DNA of 53,156 nucleotides from Clostridia bacterium. GTDB taxonomy: Bacteria > Bacillota > Clostridia > Oscillospirales > Acutalibacteraceae. This document shows positions 34,901 through 40,316 of this stretch, piece after piece (positions within the stretch are counted from its first letter, which is position 1; each line of letters starts with the position of its first letter). Where the stretch lies: positions 1 to 53,156 of the forward strand of contig JAFRTA010000267.1 in assembly GCA_017427315.1 (NCBI GenBank), written 5' to 3'. A program made the position numbers and the translations under genes. The notes under the pieces are model-generated. The model was not told the DNA's origin and did no database searches. It saw nothing but the letters and a program-made list of their open reading frames with translations.

Positions 34901-34986
34901 GAACTTTGGTTGCCGCCTTGAAACTGATTGACGGGAAAAGGGTGTGGTCTATCTACAGCTATAAAGCTGAGATTATCCCCCTGTAA
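28963..34986 (+). CDS. Giant (2007 aa) secreted multidomain protein with a vWA-like domain, a papain-like Cys/His domain, a cohesin-like module, a TTEAP linker, a dockerin, and a long C-terminal region with YD-like repeats
   Basis: RBS GGAGGG. Signal peptide ending NMDANA. VLVLDTSNES.. vWA-like. WGGSCFGVS (Cys442) and SAGHAIVGVG (His565). Cohesin-like aa ~840-968 (GEEIVLAVSISDNPGINTFSLGFDYDESVLQL...GDILKLYFKV...AKVTLTY). GDVNQDGKINSMDARLTLRFAA / DANGDKLVQAKDARLILRYAA. FVYDSEGRLLEA, YDITGRLIQE, YTYNAEGQRD. Confidence 0.85.
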   Translation: MNLKRITAVILTFVMMFTCIPLTVHNMDANAAAVKRYTVLVLDTSNESSFSDSDGNTFYTAPTAIEYVKLSATRFLSNISRSTDDNFVAIVSFKDNAQIVSGFSDDYEALKENIVDLYASSDVRDISAGLAEAQSLISEINDADADKNVVLFTTGMTNNGEYNYDGVFNEDTIGSDWYKINTGIYLYAYANHAFEVAEEIKEAGTTLYTIGLFQTMEDIPELGQSVAKLFQLTTRQLASSDDCYFPVDDPDKLELTFGEIADVINKISTVTGELGDYVTVVIFNSDEYYDAVEINNKKYKLAKDSSVTEKWVKSNKGRYVKAVLANDEVLSIVAYLTTNIDNNAFSHNKNSFFSRFFSGELQYALTPNGEIVLQERQSDGTYKTLSIKEKEKREKELKYEISDDKFKELLDWCSEFYNGVNKNQFNQKLLKKKRNESWGGSCFGVSTTMALSFKGAVNLSDIFGAGETYFQLDTVNWPVNNQDFRDLINYYQLAQYVNAWQHYDLTDKGGLIQQNQETKNRVISAMIDYALQCDATGEPFVICMSYSHDSDPNQNGNTTRESAGHAIVGVGVVSTNENATVIRIVDPNYRQYNNMTLSKDDATDNYSISFELNYTADRNYDFDSINFVSLEELRVVDYHGDLYSERYNIPTSTFIFGVNEEITIIDKDTGHRFVYRKGETSGNMTVYDFYRYYSDTEASEGGEIGFELELGDNYEIITDGEIDLTIGNAEGFAGIDVVNGNHIDLDLEKGFEITGDNIQYDIFVDLDNSENLINVSGCGREKIYVEETDSSVVVTGDDLYIDSCDYLYNEKIIENEIDSDGREFEFGIVEDHVGVLRKIAINPAVLTVSSTGSEPGEEIVLAVSISDNPGINTFSLGFDYDESVLQLTNVESVSDLGGQFTYSKKAVWLNSSDTDYNGDILKLYFKVLPEAVSGDAKVTLTYNAGDISNYNEDDIFFEVQPGVVSIQEKQTIPVTTEAPTTEAPTTEAPTTEAPTSEPAWTEIGPVGDVNQDGKINSMDARLTLRFAAKQQTASGMEKLLADANGDKLVQAKDARLILRYAAKLDKAGENGNIILSTIRKADNGETDPSAGSEPETTSTEPSQAPTTAPATQMTTEPVPEKPAVYSEITPEDKASIKELAFDMWLFNPYLTEEYVNDESDAFSFDSTADNAMSQAMILLNPNTYALFNRYYSDSADELYDFADPSERFDMCVRMSGENVDNLLRDLFGIEPDHDIDNEICYYKDGNYYMSVSLEGTDSFDFFEIDDISKNQDNSFDITLHLYSVDPGAGNVRDEHVEFNIRAGMIESSGQRNLRIEKLQFYKTKEEKSTPDVSDNYHTRYKGREYHIPQIARQGSNFERINREIYEKYYTNGAESALSNLEIGIDPSVVYINYEWTVFDSILSLCVYSQTDAASARFYDVYNVGEMRGDACADSYVMSLFDLSEDEFYKATKSAMEKKFYDEYGEKPFSDDFADIWNGALKDTLADENVQKVVPHINSDNELCAIAYIYSIGGAEGYYYDINISEIISSDLHDDVQEAETHKKPGFNLIRYEDALLGNREYKLNEIGLLQEIDFYANEDIGSYTITFVYDSEGRLLEAKNSKDDFHEGVVHTCKYDITGRLIQEGIPGPSESWIVKSYTYNAEGQRDREMWEYSFGEMTEYNFTKNYYHIYSEGEEENITDTLVLEDGEQSTEALNETFDAKGRMLRGYYYDGIFCSFNYHETEPLSLRDVIVAEDGVEIPPDSEVLFYDNAGLLVATLPVGQIDPPIQKDVDGTILGIGDNITMYNILPSISTENFIEPTNKDFEELGTEFSYESLLADLNLTWTGYAYSPYSYIINYDHAETTSATVRERLFFITYSMPYIRYFGEPERVTYPENDDPFDYLPGSFHVYLKYSEEKISWLAKNFLNTESFSPNDFIGDISYCAYKDGYFYFIDEGYDMECDLMSKISSIEKLDDGRYSMQIEYMINDSGNQSPASGNGTLVAALKLIDGKRVWSIYSYKAEIIPL
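31885..31959 (+). repeat. 15-nt tandem repeat encoding (TTEAP)n linker
   Basis: ACCACGGAAGCTCCC ACGACCGAAGCCCCG ACTACAGAAGCCCCG ACTACAGAAGCCCCG ACGTCGGAGCCCGCG. Confidence 0.9.
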
Positions 34987-35067
34987 TGCAACTCGGTCTG
35001 AAACAAGGCTCCAATATATCCAAAAGATTATCTCTTTATGGGGTATAATTTATGACAGCTTTTTCTG

Positions 35068-35096
35068 TTGACATTTTTGTGAAAGTATTTTATACT
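35068..35096 (+). promoter_or_regulatory. Near-consensus promoter of the recombinase gene
   Basis: TTGACA, 17 nt, TATACT. RBS GAGGTG before the ATG at 35133. Confidence 0.65.
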
Positions 35097-35132
35097 TACA
35101 TCCAGAAAATTTGTTCTGCTTGAGGTGCAAAA

Positions 35133-36983
35133 ATGAATGCAGTAATCTATGCGCGCTATTCTTCCGACAATCAGCGGGAAGAATCCATCGAAGGGCAGAT
35201 TCGGGAAAACACGGCGTTTGCCGAAAAGAACGGGATGACAATCGTCGGTCACTATATAGACCGCGCGTATTCGGCGAGAACGGACAAACGACCCGAATTC
35301 CAGCGGATGATCCGTGACAGCGCGAAGAAAAATTTTGACGTGGTTATCGTCTGGAAATTAGACCGTTTCGCCCGTAACCGTTATGATTCCGCAAAATACA
35401 AAGCCGCGCTGAAAAAGAACGATGTAAAGGTCGTTTCCGCGACGGAGGCGATCTCCGAAGGCGCCGAAGGAATCATTCTCGAAGCGGTTTTGGAGGGATA
35501 TGCGGAGTATTATTCTGTTGATCTGTCGGAAAAAATATTGCGCGGTATGACGGAAAACGCTCTGAAATGTAAATACAACGGCAGTCACGTCCCGTTGGGC
35601 TTTCGCATAGACGAGGATCGGTTTTATCAGATTGACGAATCGAAAGCGCCTATCGTCAGAGAGATTTATGAGCGTTACGCAAGCGGAGAGACGGGAAAAT
35701 CCATCATTACGGATCTGAACGACCGCGGTCTGAAAACGACGACAGGCAAACCTTTTGTCGCCAACAGTCTGCACAGCATTCTGACAAACCGGATGTATAT
35801 CGGCGAATATCATCACGGCGCTGTAGTTAAGCCGGGCGGGATACCCGCCATTGTGTCCCGGGAGCTGTTTGACCGGGTCGCCGCACGAATGGAAAAGAAC
35901 AAGCGCGGTTCGGGCCATAATAAGGGCTATGAGCGGTATATCCTTTCCACAAAACTGTTTTGCGGAAAGTGCAGGTCCATGATGGTCGGTGAAAGCGCGC
36001 AAAAGAAAAACGGCATGATTTACCGCTATTATAAATGCGCTTCTGCGAAACGTAAAAAAGGCTGCGACATGAGAGCCGTTCGCAAGGACTGGATCGAGGC
36101 TCTGGTGATAAATAAACTGGTTTCAATATTGAACGATCGCGACACGCTGAATAAAATGGCGGACGCAGTATTGGCGCTTTTCGACGAAGAAAACGCCGCT
36201 GTCCCCGCATTGGAAGCGCAGCTGAAAGAAACGCATAAGGCAATCGACAATCTGATGAAAGCCATTGAGTCGGGAATCATTACACGGACGACGAAATCCC
36301 GGTTGGAAGAACTGGAAAAAGAAGAAGAACGGATTCTGCAATGTATAGAAACGGAGAAAGCAAAGCAGCCGATGCTTTCAAAAGAAATGATCCTGTTTAC
36401 GTTGGAAAAATTTCGAAATCTTGACCTGTCTGTCGGAAAAAACCGGGAACGGCTGGTTGACGGTTTTGTCAAATGCATCATACTTGAAGATGACAGAATC
36501 ATCATAACGACAACTTTCCGGGACGAACCTGTCACAATAATAACGAAAGAAGAAATTGAAACGATTGCTGATCACGGTTCGGATGTCAGCGGTTCGTCTC
36601 CACCACAAAAATCGGCATCCTTTCGGATGCCGATTTTTGTATGGTGGAGCAAGAGGATCGAACCGTCGAGCGAAACGCTCCGGTGGAGCGTTTCGGGAGC
36701 GGCCCGGCAGAAGAGGACAGGAAGGGGCATCCTATCGGATGTCGATTTTTGTATGGTGGAGCAAGAGGATCGAACCGTCGAGCGAAACGCTCCGGTGGAG
36801 CGTTTTGGGAGCGGCCCGGCAGAAGAGGTCATACGCCCTCATGCTGCTTGCGGGCGTCCTGTTCTCAACGGACCTGCCGAAGCGTATTTTCAAAAAAAGA
36901 TTCGATTGCTTTGCGTCAAGGCTTGCCGCTGCCGCCGTGCTGATCCTGCTTTCGGTCCTGATGCTCATCGGCGACAGCTATAA
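35133..36983 (+). CDS. Large serine recombinase; the conserved part ends near nt 36590, and the ORF then reads through attR into flanking DNA
   Basis: N-terminal resolvase domain AVIYARYSSDNQ...VIVWKLDRFARN. Recombinase domain and zinc-ribbon (CGKCRSMM...YYKCASAKRKKGC). Coiled coil. No stop codon before the junction. Confidence 0.9.
   Translation: MNAVIYARYSSDNQREESIEGQIRENTAFAEKNGMTIVGHYIDRAYSARTDKRPEFQRMIRDSAKKNFDVVIVWKLDRFARNRYDSAKYKAALKKNDVKVVSATEAISEGAEGIILEAVLEGYAEYYSVDLSEKILRGMTENALKCKYNGSHVPLGFRIDEDRFYQIDESKAPIVREIYERYASGETGKSIITDLNDRGLKTTTGKPFVANSLHSILTNRMYIGEYHHGAVVKPGGIPAIVSRELFDRVAARMEKNKRGSGHNKGYERYILSTKLFCGKCRSMMVGESAQKKNGMIYRYYKCASAKRKKGCDMRAVRKDWIEALVINKLVSILNDRDTLNKMADAVLALFDEENAAVPALEAQLKETHKAIDNLMKAIESGIITRTTKSRLEELEKEEERILQCIETEKAKQPMLSKEMILFTLEKFRNLDLSVGKNRERLVDGFVKCIILEDDRIIITTTFRDEPVTIITKEEIETIADHGSDVSGSSPPQKSASFRMPIFVWWSKRIEPSSETLRWSVSGAARQKRTGRGILSDVDFCMVEQEDRTVERNAPVERFGSGPAEEVIRPHAACGRPVLNGPAEAYFQKKIRLLCVKACRCRRADPAFGPDAHRRQL
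36575..36584. repeat. Element-end inverted repeat CGGTTCGGAT (partner of 21096-21105)
   Basis: Lies 8 nt from the attR core, inside the recombinase ORF. Confidence 0.6.
36593..36608 (+). repeat. attR core (direct repeat TTCGTCTCCACCACAA), the displaced tRNA 3' tail
   Basis: Identical to 21073-21088. Confidence 0.9.
36611..36638. terminator. Probable original tRNA-Ala terminator (bidirectional form)
   Basis: Perfect 10-bp stem ATCGGCATCC-TTTC-GGATGCCGAT, flanked by AAAAA and TTTTT. Confidence 0.75.
36614..36828. repeat. Tandem duplication, 2 x 112 bp, each unit carrying an inverted tRNA-3'-end-like segment and an 11-bp-stem hairpin
   Basis: TGGTGGAGCAAGAGGATCGAACCG occurs at 36642 and 36754. 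Hairpin CGAAACGCTCC-GGT-GGAGCGTTTCG. The second unit is slightly degenerate. Confidence 0.85.
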
Positions 36984-37008
36984 TCCGTTTTTGTATTTCA
37001 GATTTTGA
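36829..37008 (+). pseudogene. 3' remnant (~59 codons) of an MBOAT-family O-acyltransferase gene
   Basis: SYALMLLAGVLFSTDLPKRIFKKRFDCFASRLAAAAVLILLSVLMLIGDSYNPFLYFRF* resembles the conserved C-terminus of MBOAT/AlgI-like proteins as I recall it. The stop lies 9 nt before the DHHW gene, the usual MBOAT partner. The upstream ~400 codons are absent. Confidence 0.5.
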
Positions 37009-37017
37009 GGTGGGAAA

Positions 37018-38061
37018 ATGAAAAAGACGGCTCTGATCCTTTTTATCCTTCTTCCCGCCCTGCTCGTATCGGCGGTGTTCATCTCGCCGGACAACGCCCT
37101 GTCGGAGCTTGAAAACCGGAGCCTCAAAACGCGGGAGGAGATCGGCGGGAACGTCGCGGACGGCGTTTTTCAGACCGACCTGGAAAGCTTTCTCTCGGAT
37201 CAGTTCCCCCTGCGGGAAACGCTGGTCCTGCTTCAGACGTACCTGCGCTTCCTCGCGGGACAAAGGGAGATCGGCGGCGCCTATATCTGCCCCGACGGCA
37301 GACTGATCCAAAAGATCACCGACGCGCAGACAGATGAAAAAGCGCTGACCGCCTACGCCGACAAGATCGACCGGATCGCGGCGCGGTATAAAGTTTACGT
37401 GATGTACGTTCCCTCCGCCTGCGTTGAACTGCGGAATGAACTGCCGGCCGGCGCGCCGGTTTACAACTACCGGGCGTTGTATGACACGCTCGCCGCGCAC
37501 CTTGAAAACGCGGAGATCATCGATCTTGCGGACGTTCTTTCGGACCCCGGTTATTACTACAAAACAGACCACCACTGGAACGTGTACGGGGCGTATGAAG
37601 CCTATCGGGCGTTCTGCGAAGCAAGCGGGACGCCTGCCGGGACGCCGGAAAGCTTCCGCATCAAAACCGTCAGCGGCGATTTCCGCGGGACGCTGTTTTT
37701 AAAGGCGCCCTTCTCAAAGCAGACGGATGAGATCGCGATCCCTGAAATCCCGGAGATCGGCGTGACCGCAGACGGCGCAGGGATCGATTTTTACTGCATG
37801 GACGCGCTTGAGACCAAGGATCAGTACAATGTATTTCAGGGCGGGAACCACGGCTTTGTTGAGATCACGAACGAAAACGGGAACGGCAGAACGCTGCTGA
37901 TTCTGAAGGATTCCTTCGCCAACAGCTTTGTGCCGTTCCTCGCGGGCGCGTATTCGAAGATCGTGATGGTGGACGAGCGTTATACGTTTCTTTCTCTTTC
38001 GGATTACGTCGACGCGCTCGCGCCCGACGAGATCCTGGTTTTAAAAGAGATCATAAACTGA
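37018..38061 (+). CDS. DHHW-family protein (AlgX/DltD-like, SGNH-type accessory of MBOAT acyltransferases)
   Basis: N-terminal TM helix. YYYKTDHHWNVYGAYEAY motif. RBS GGTGGGAAA. Confidence 0.8.
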   Translation: MKKTALILFILLPALLVSAVFISPDNALSELENRSLKTREEIGGNVADGVFQTDLESFLSDQFPLRETLVLLQTYLRFLAGQREIGGAYICPDGRLIQKITDAQTDEKALTAYADKIDRIAARYKVYVMYVPSACVELRNELPAGAPVYNYRALYDTLAAHLENAEIIDLADVLSDPGYYYKTDHHWNVYGAYEAYRAFCEASGTPAGTPESFRIKTVSGDFRGTLFLKAPFSKQTDEIAIPEIPEIGVTADGAGIDFYCMDALETKDQYNVFQGGNHGFVEITNENGNGRTLLILKDSFANSFVPFLAGAYSKIVMVDERYTFLSLSDYVDALAPDEILVLKEIIN

Positions 38062-38100
38062 TCCTCACGGCCGAAAAAGCGTTTTTCGACAAACTGAAAA

Positions 38101-38129
38101 GCCGGCACCCCTTCGGATGCCGGCTTTTT
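38101..38129. terminator. Hairpin terminator between convergent genes
   Basis: GCCGGCA ... TGCCGGC stem followed by TTTTT and preceded by GAAAA. Confidence 0.65.
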
Positions 38130-38144
38130 CGCCGCGTCTTCCGT

Positions 38145-38621
38145 TCAGAAAGACAACTGACTGAAGAAATCCTCGATCGCGCCGCTGGTGCCGAGCACGA
38201 CGGCGCCGGTGGCGACCAGAATGCCGACGACGATCGAGACGATTACCGCCAGGATCAGCCCGATAAAATACGACCGGGCGAAATTGCGGCGGTTGAGGTT
38301 CGAGCCGTCGAACGCGTAGACGAACAGCATGATGATTCCGATCAGCGGGAGGGTAAACAGCAGCGAATAGCCGAAATACGCCCAGGGTGAAAGCGGCTTA
38401 TACTGCGAAGGGACCTGCCCGAGCTGGTTGTTGACGATCACGGGTGCCGGCTGCTGATACGAATACTGCGGGGAATTTTGCGCAGGCGCTGCGTACTGTG
38501 CGGGACGGGACTGCGCGGGGTACGTGCTGGCGGCGGGAAGCGCGGCGCCGCAGTTGGTGCAGTACTGAACGGAATCGGGAGACTGCGCTCCGCAGGAGGG
38601 ACAGGTTTTCATGGGAATCAT
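38145..38621 (-). CDS. Zinc-ribbon domain membrane protein
   Basis: CPSCGAQ...YCTNCGA zinc ribbon, a Pro/Gln/Ala-rich linker and two TM helices. Confidence 0.75.
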   Translation of the reverse strand: MIPMKTCPSCGAQSPDSVQYCTNCGAALPAASTYPAQSRPAQYAAPAQNSPQYSYQQPAPVIVNNQLGQVPSQYKPLSPWAYFGYSLLFTLPLIGIIMLFVYAFDGSNLNRRNFARSYFIGLILAVIVSIVVGILVATGAVVLGTSGAIEDFFSQLSF

Positions 38622-38630
38622 CCTTTCAAA

Positions 38631-39416
38631 TTATTTTTTCATCATAAGAGATATCAGTTCGCCGATCCCGAAAATGACCGGCTGATGGATCACGTAAATC
38701 AGAAGCGCGTGTCTGCCGAGGAATTCGACCGGCGGGCACAATTTCTTATATGCCAACGCGGGCATTTTGTCCTTCGGGAGCTTCACGGCGAGAAAACAGC
38801 CGAGCAGGAACACGAAGATCCACGGCAGCAGCGGGTAATAATCCGCCGAATAGAACGGGTCGTGATAGATTCCGATCGGGAACAGCACGTTGACGCTTTG
38901 AATCGGATCGGTCACGGGAATGCCGAAGAAGCCTTGCGTGTAAAGATCGCGCGTGCCGACGGCGAGGACGACGCAGACCGCCGCGCCGAGATAAAAATTG
39001 ACCTTGCCCGCAAGCTTATACAGCAGCGGAGAGAGCATAACGGCGACGCCGAGAAAATGCAGGATGCCGAATTTGATCTGCGCGCCGTCGATGCCGACGA
39101 GCGGCAGAATAAGGCAGGTGACGAGCGAGATCCCGAGCGCGATCGCGAAAATGCGCGCGCCGCGCTTGACATTTCCGCGCGAGAGCGTCGAGGAATAGGC
39201 GCTGACCAGAATAAACGTCGTCGCGATGATCGGCGGGGCGATATTCTGCGTCGCGCCGAGCAGCTTTGCGAAGAACGGGAACGCGAACATCTCGCCGAAG
39301 GTATAGGTCATGTGGTAGAGCACCATCGCGGTCACGGCGATTCCGCGCAGAAGATCGAGAAGATGAATGCGGTTCTTCTCGAGCGCGTCCGGTCCGTTTT
39401 GTTTCTCCGTCTTCAT
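38631..39416 (-). CDS. DUF1624 / heparan-alpha-glucosaminide N-acetyltransferase-like membrane acyltransferase
   Basis: RIHLLDLLRGIAVTAMVLYH signature; polytopic membrane protein. Confidence 0.7.
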   Translation of the reverse strand: MKTEKQNGPDALEKNRIHLLDLLRGIAVTAMVLYHMTYTFGEMFAFPFFAKLLGATQNIAPPIIATTFILVSAYSSTLSRGNVKRGARIFAIALGISLVTCLILPLVGIDGAQIKFGILHFLGVAVMLSPLLYKLAGKVNFYLGAAVCVVLAVGTRDLYTQGFFGIPVTDPIQSVNVLFPIGIYHDPFYSADYYPLLPWIFVFLLGCFLAVKLPKDKMPALAYKKLCPPVEFLGRHALLIYVIHQPVIFGIGELISLMMKK

Positions 39417-40294
39417 CAGAACCCGGCAAGCGCCGCGAGGTATTTCAGGTTTTCAAGACCGAGCCGCACGCCGGTCACGGCGTCTTCGATGCCCTCGAAT
39501 TCCACGGTGGCGCAGCCTTCATAGCCCGCCGCCTTGAGAATTTTCAGGCACTGGAGCACAGGCGCGTCGCCGTGGCCGATGATCGCGCCGCGCAGATAAT
39601 TGCCCGCGCGGGAGGTGAAAAACCCGCCCTGCGGGGCGACGCCGTTCCCGCTCCGGACGTGGAAATCCTTCGCGTGCAGGTGGAACGCGTAAGGCGCGAG
39701 CCTGCCGAAGGCGAGCGCGGGGTCCTCGTCGGCGCAGAGGAAATTGCCGACGTCAAGAAGAAGGCCGTAGTTCGGGTGCGCGACGCCGGTCACGAGCTTT
39801 TCGACGCGCAGGGATTCCTGACAGAAATAGCCGTGATTTTCGGTCATGGTCTTTATGCCCTTCGTCTCCGCGTATTCCGTGACGGCGCGGCAGCCATCGA
39901 TGAGGCGCGGCAGGATCCGGTCGAAGCCGTAATGCGACGGTTTTTCTTCGTCCGGCACGCCGTAAGCGACGTCGTGGCGCATCAGGCGGCAGCCGAGGAT
40001 CGCCGCGATATCGACTTCTTTTTGAACACGCTCGATCTCGCGCTTCGTCGCGTCTCCCCCGCCGGCGAAATTCGCGCCGACGGAATAACAGACCGCCGGG
40101 ACGCCGGCTTTTTCGCACGCCTCGCGAAGACGGGCGGCGTATTCTTTTTTATCCTCGCCTTCTGGGGCGTGGATCTCGGCGAATTCGACAGCGTCGAAGC
40201 CCATTTCTTTCGCGAGCGCGGGGAGCTGCATTTCGGTACGGTCCCCGCGGTTGGTCAGTTGGGCATAGCTGTAGGAGCTGACGGCGAAAATCAT
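39416..40294 (-). CDS. Sugar phosphate isomerase/epimerase (xylose isomerase-like TIM barrel)
   Basis: Start MIFAVSSYSY (ATG 40294) after AAGGATGG. FDAVEF, LMRHD, NHGYF, LLDVGNF blocks. The track ORF extends further upstream into the MATE gene. Confidence 0.8.
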   Translation of the reverse strand: MIFAVSSYSYAQLTNRGDRTEMQLPALAKEMGFDAVEFAEIHAPEGEDKKEYAARLREACEKAGVPAVCYSVGANFAGGGDATKREIERVQKEVDIAAILGCRLMRHDVAYGVPDEEKPSHYGFDRILPRLIDGCRAVTEYAETKGIKTMTENHGYFCQESLRVEKLVTGVAHPNYGLLLDVGNFLCADEDPALAFGRLAPYAFHLHAKDFHVRSGNGVAPQGGFFTSRAGNYLRGAIIGHGDAPVLQCLKILKAAGYEGCATVEFEGIEDAVTGVRLGLENLKYLAALAGF

Positions 40295-40316
40295 AGACGG
40301 CCATCCTTTCGTTTGC

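Larger units (their letters stand above)
21073..36608. mobile_element. Integrative mobilizable element (~15.5 kb) inserted in the 3' end of tRNA-Ala, serine-recombinase type
   Basis: 16-bp direct repeats at both ends. Recombinase at the right end. mobC and relaxase are present, but no T4SS genes. The cargo is AT-richer. The displaced tRNA tail plus terminator sits at the right junction. Confidence 0.85.

Noticed and set aside
28401-34986. RHS/YD polymorphic toxin plus immunity pair
   Set aside because: Only short runs of YD-like repeats are present. I see no RHS core-ending motif (PxxxxDPxGL type), no recognisable C-terminal toxin domain and no small immunity ORF downstream.
35028-35252. Small minus-strand ORFs (74 and 63 aa) overlapping the recombinase promoter and start
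   Set aside because: They are antisense to a well-supported promoter, RBS and resolvase domain, and have no family features.
36642-36777. Possible minus-strand tRNA genes suggested by CGGTTCGATCCTCTTGCTCCACCA (two copies)
   Set aside because: Only the T-loop/acceptor/CCA tail is tRNA-like. The T stem would be GACGG/CTCTT (mismatched), the acceptor is 2 nt short, and the upstream sequence forms a simple 11-bp hairpin rather than D and anticodon arms.
36556-37008. 150-aa ORF (and 36641..36943) across the 112-bp repeats as a real gene
   Set aside because: Most of it translates the tandem repeat in shifting frames. Only the last ~59 codons look like genuine (MBOAT C-terminal) coding sequence.
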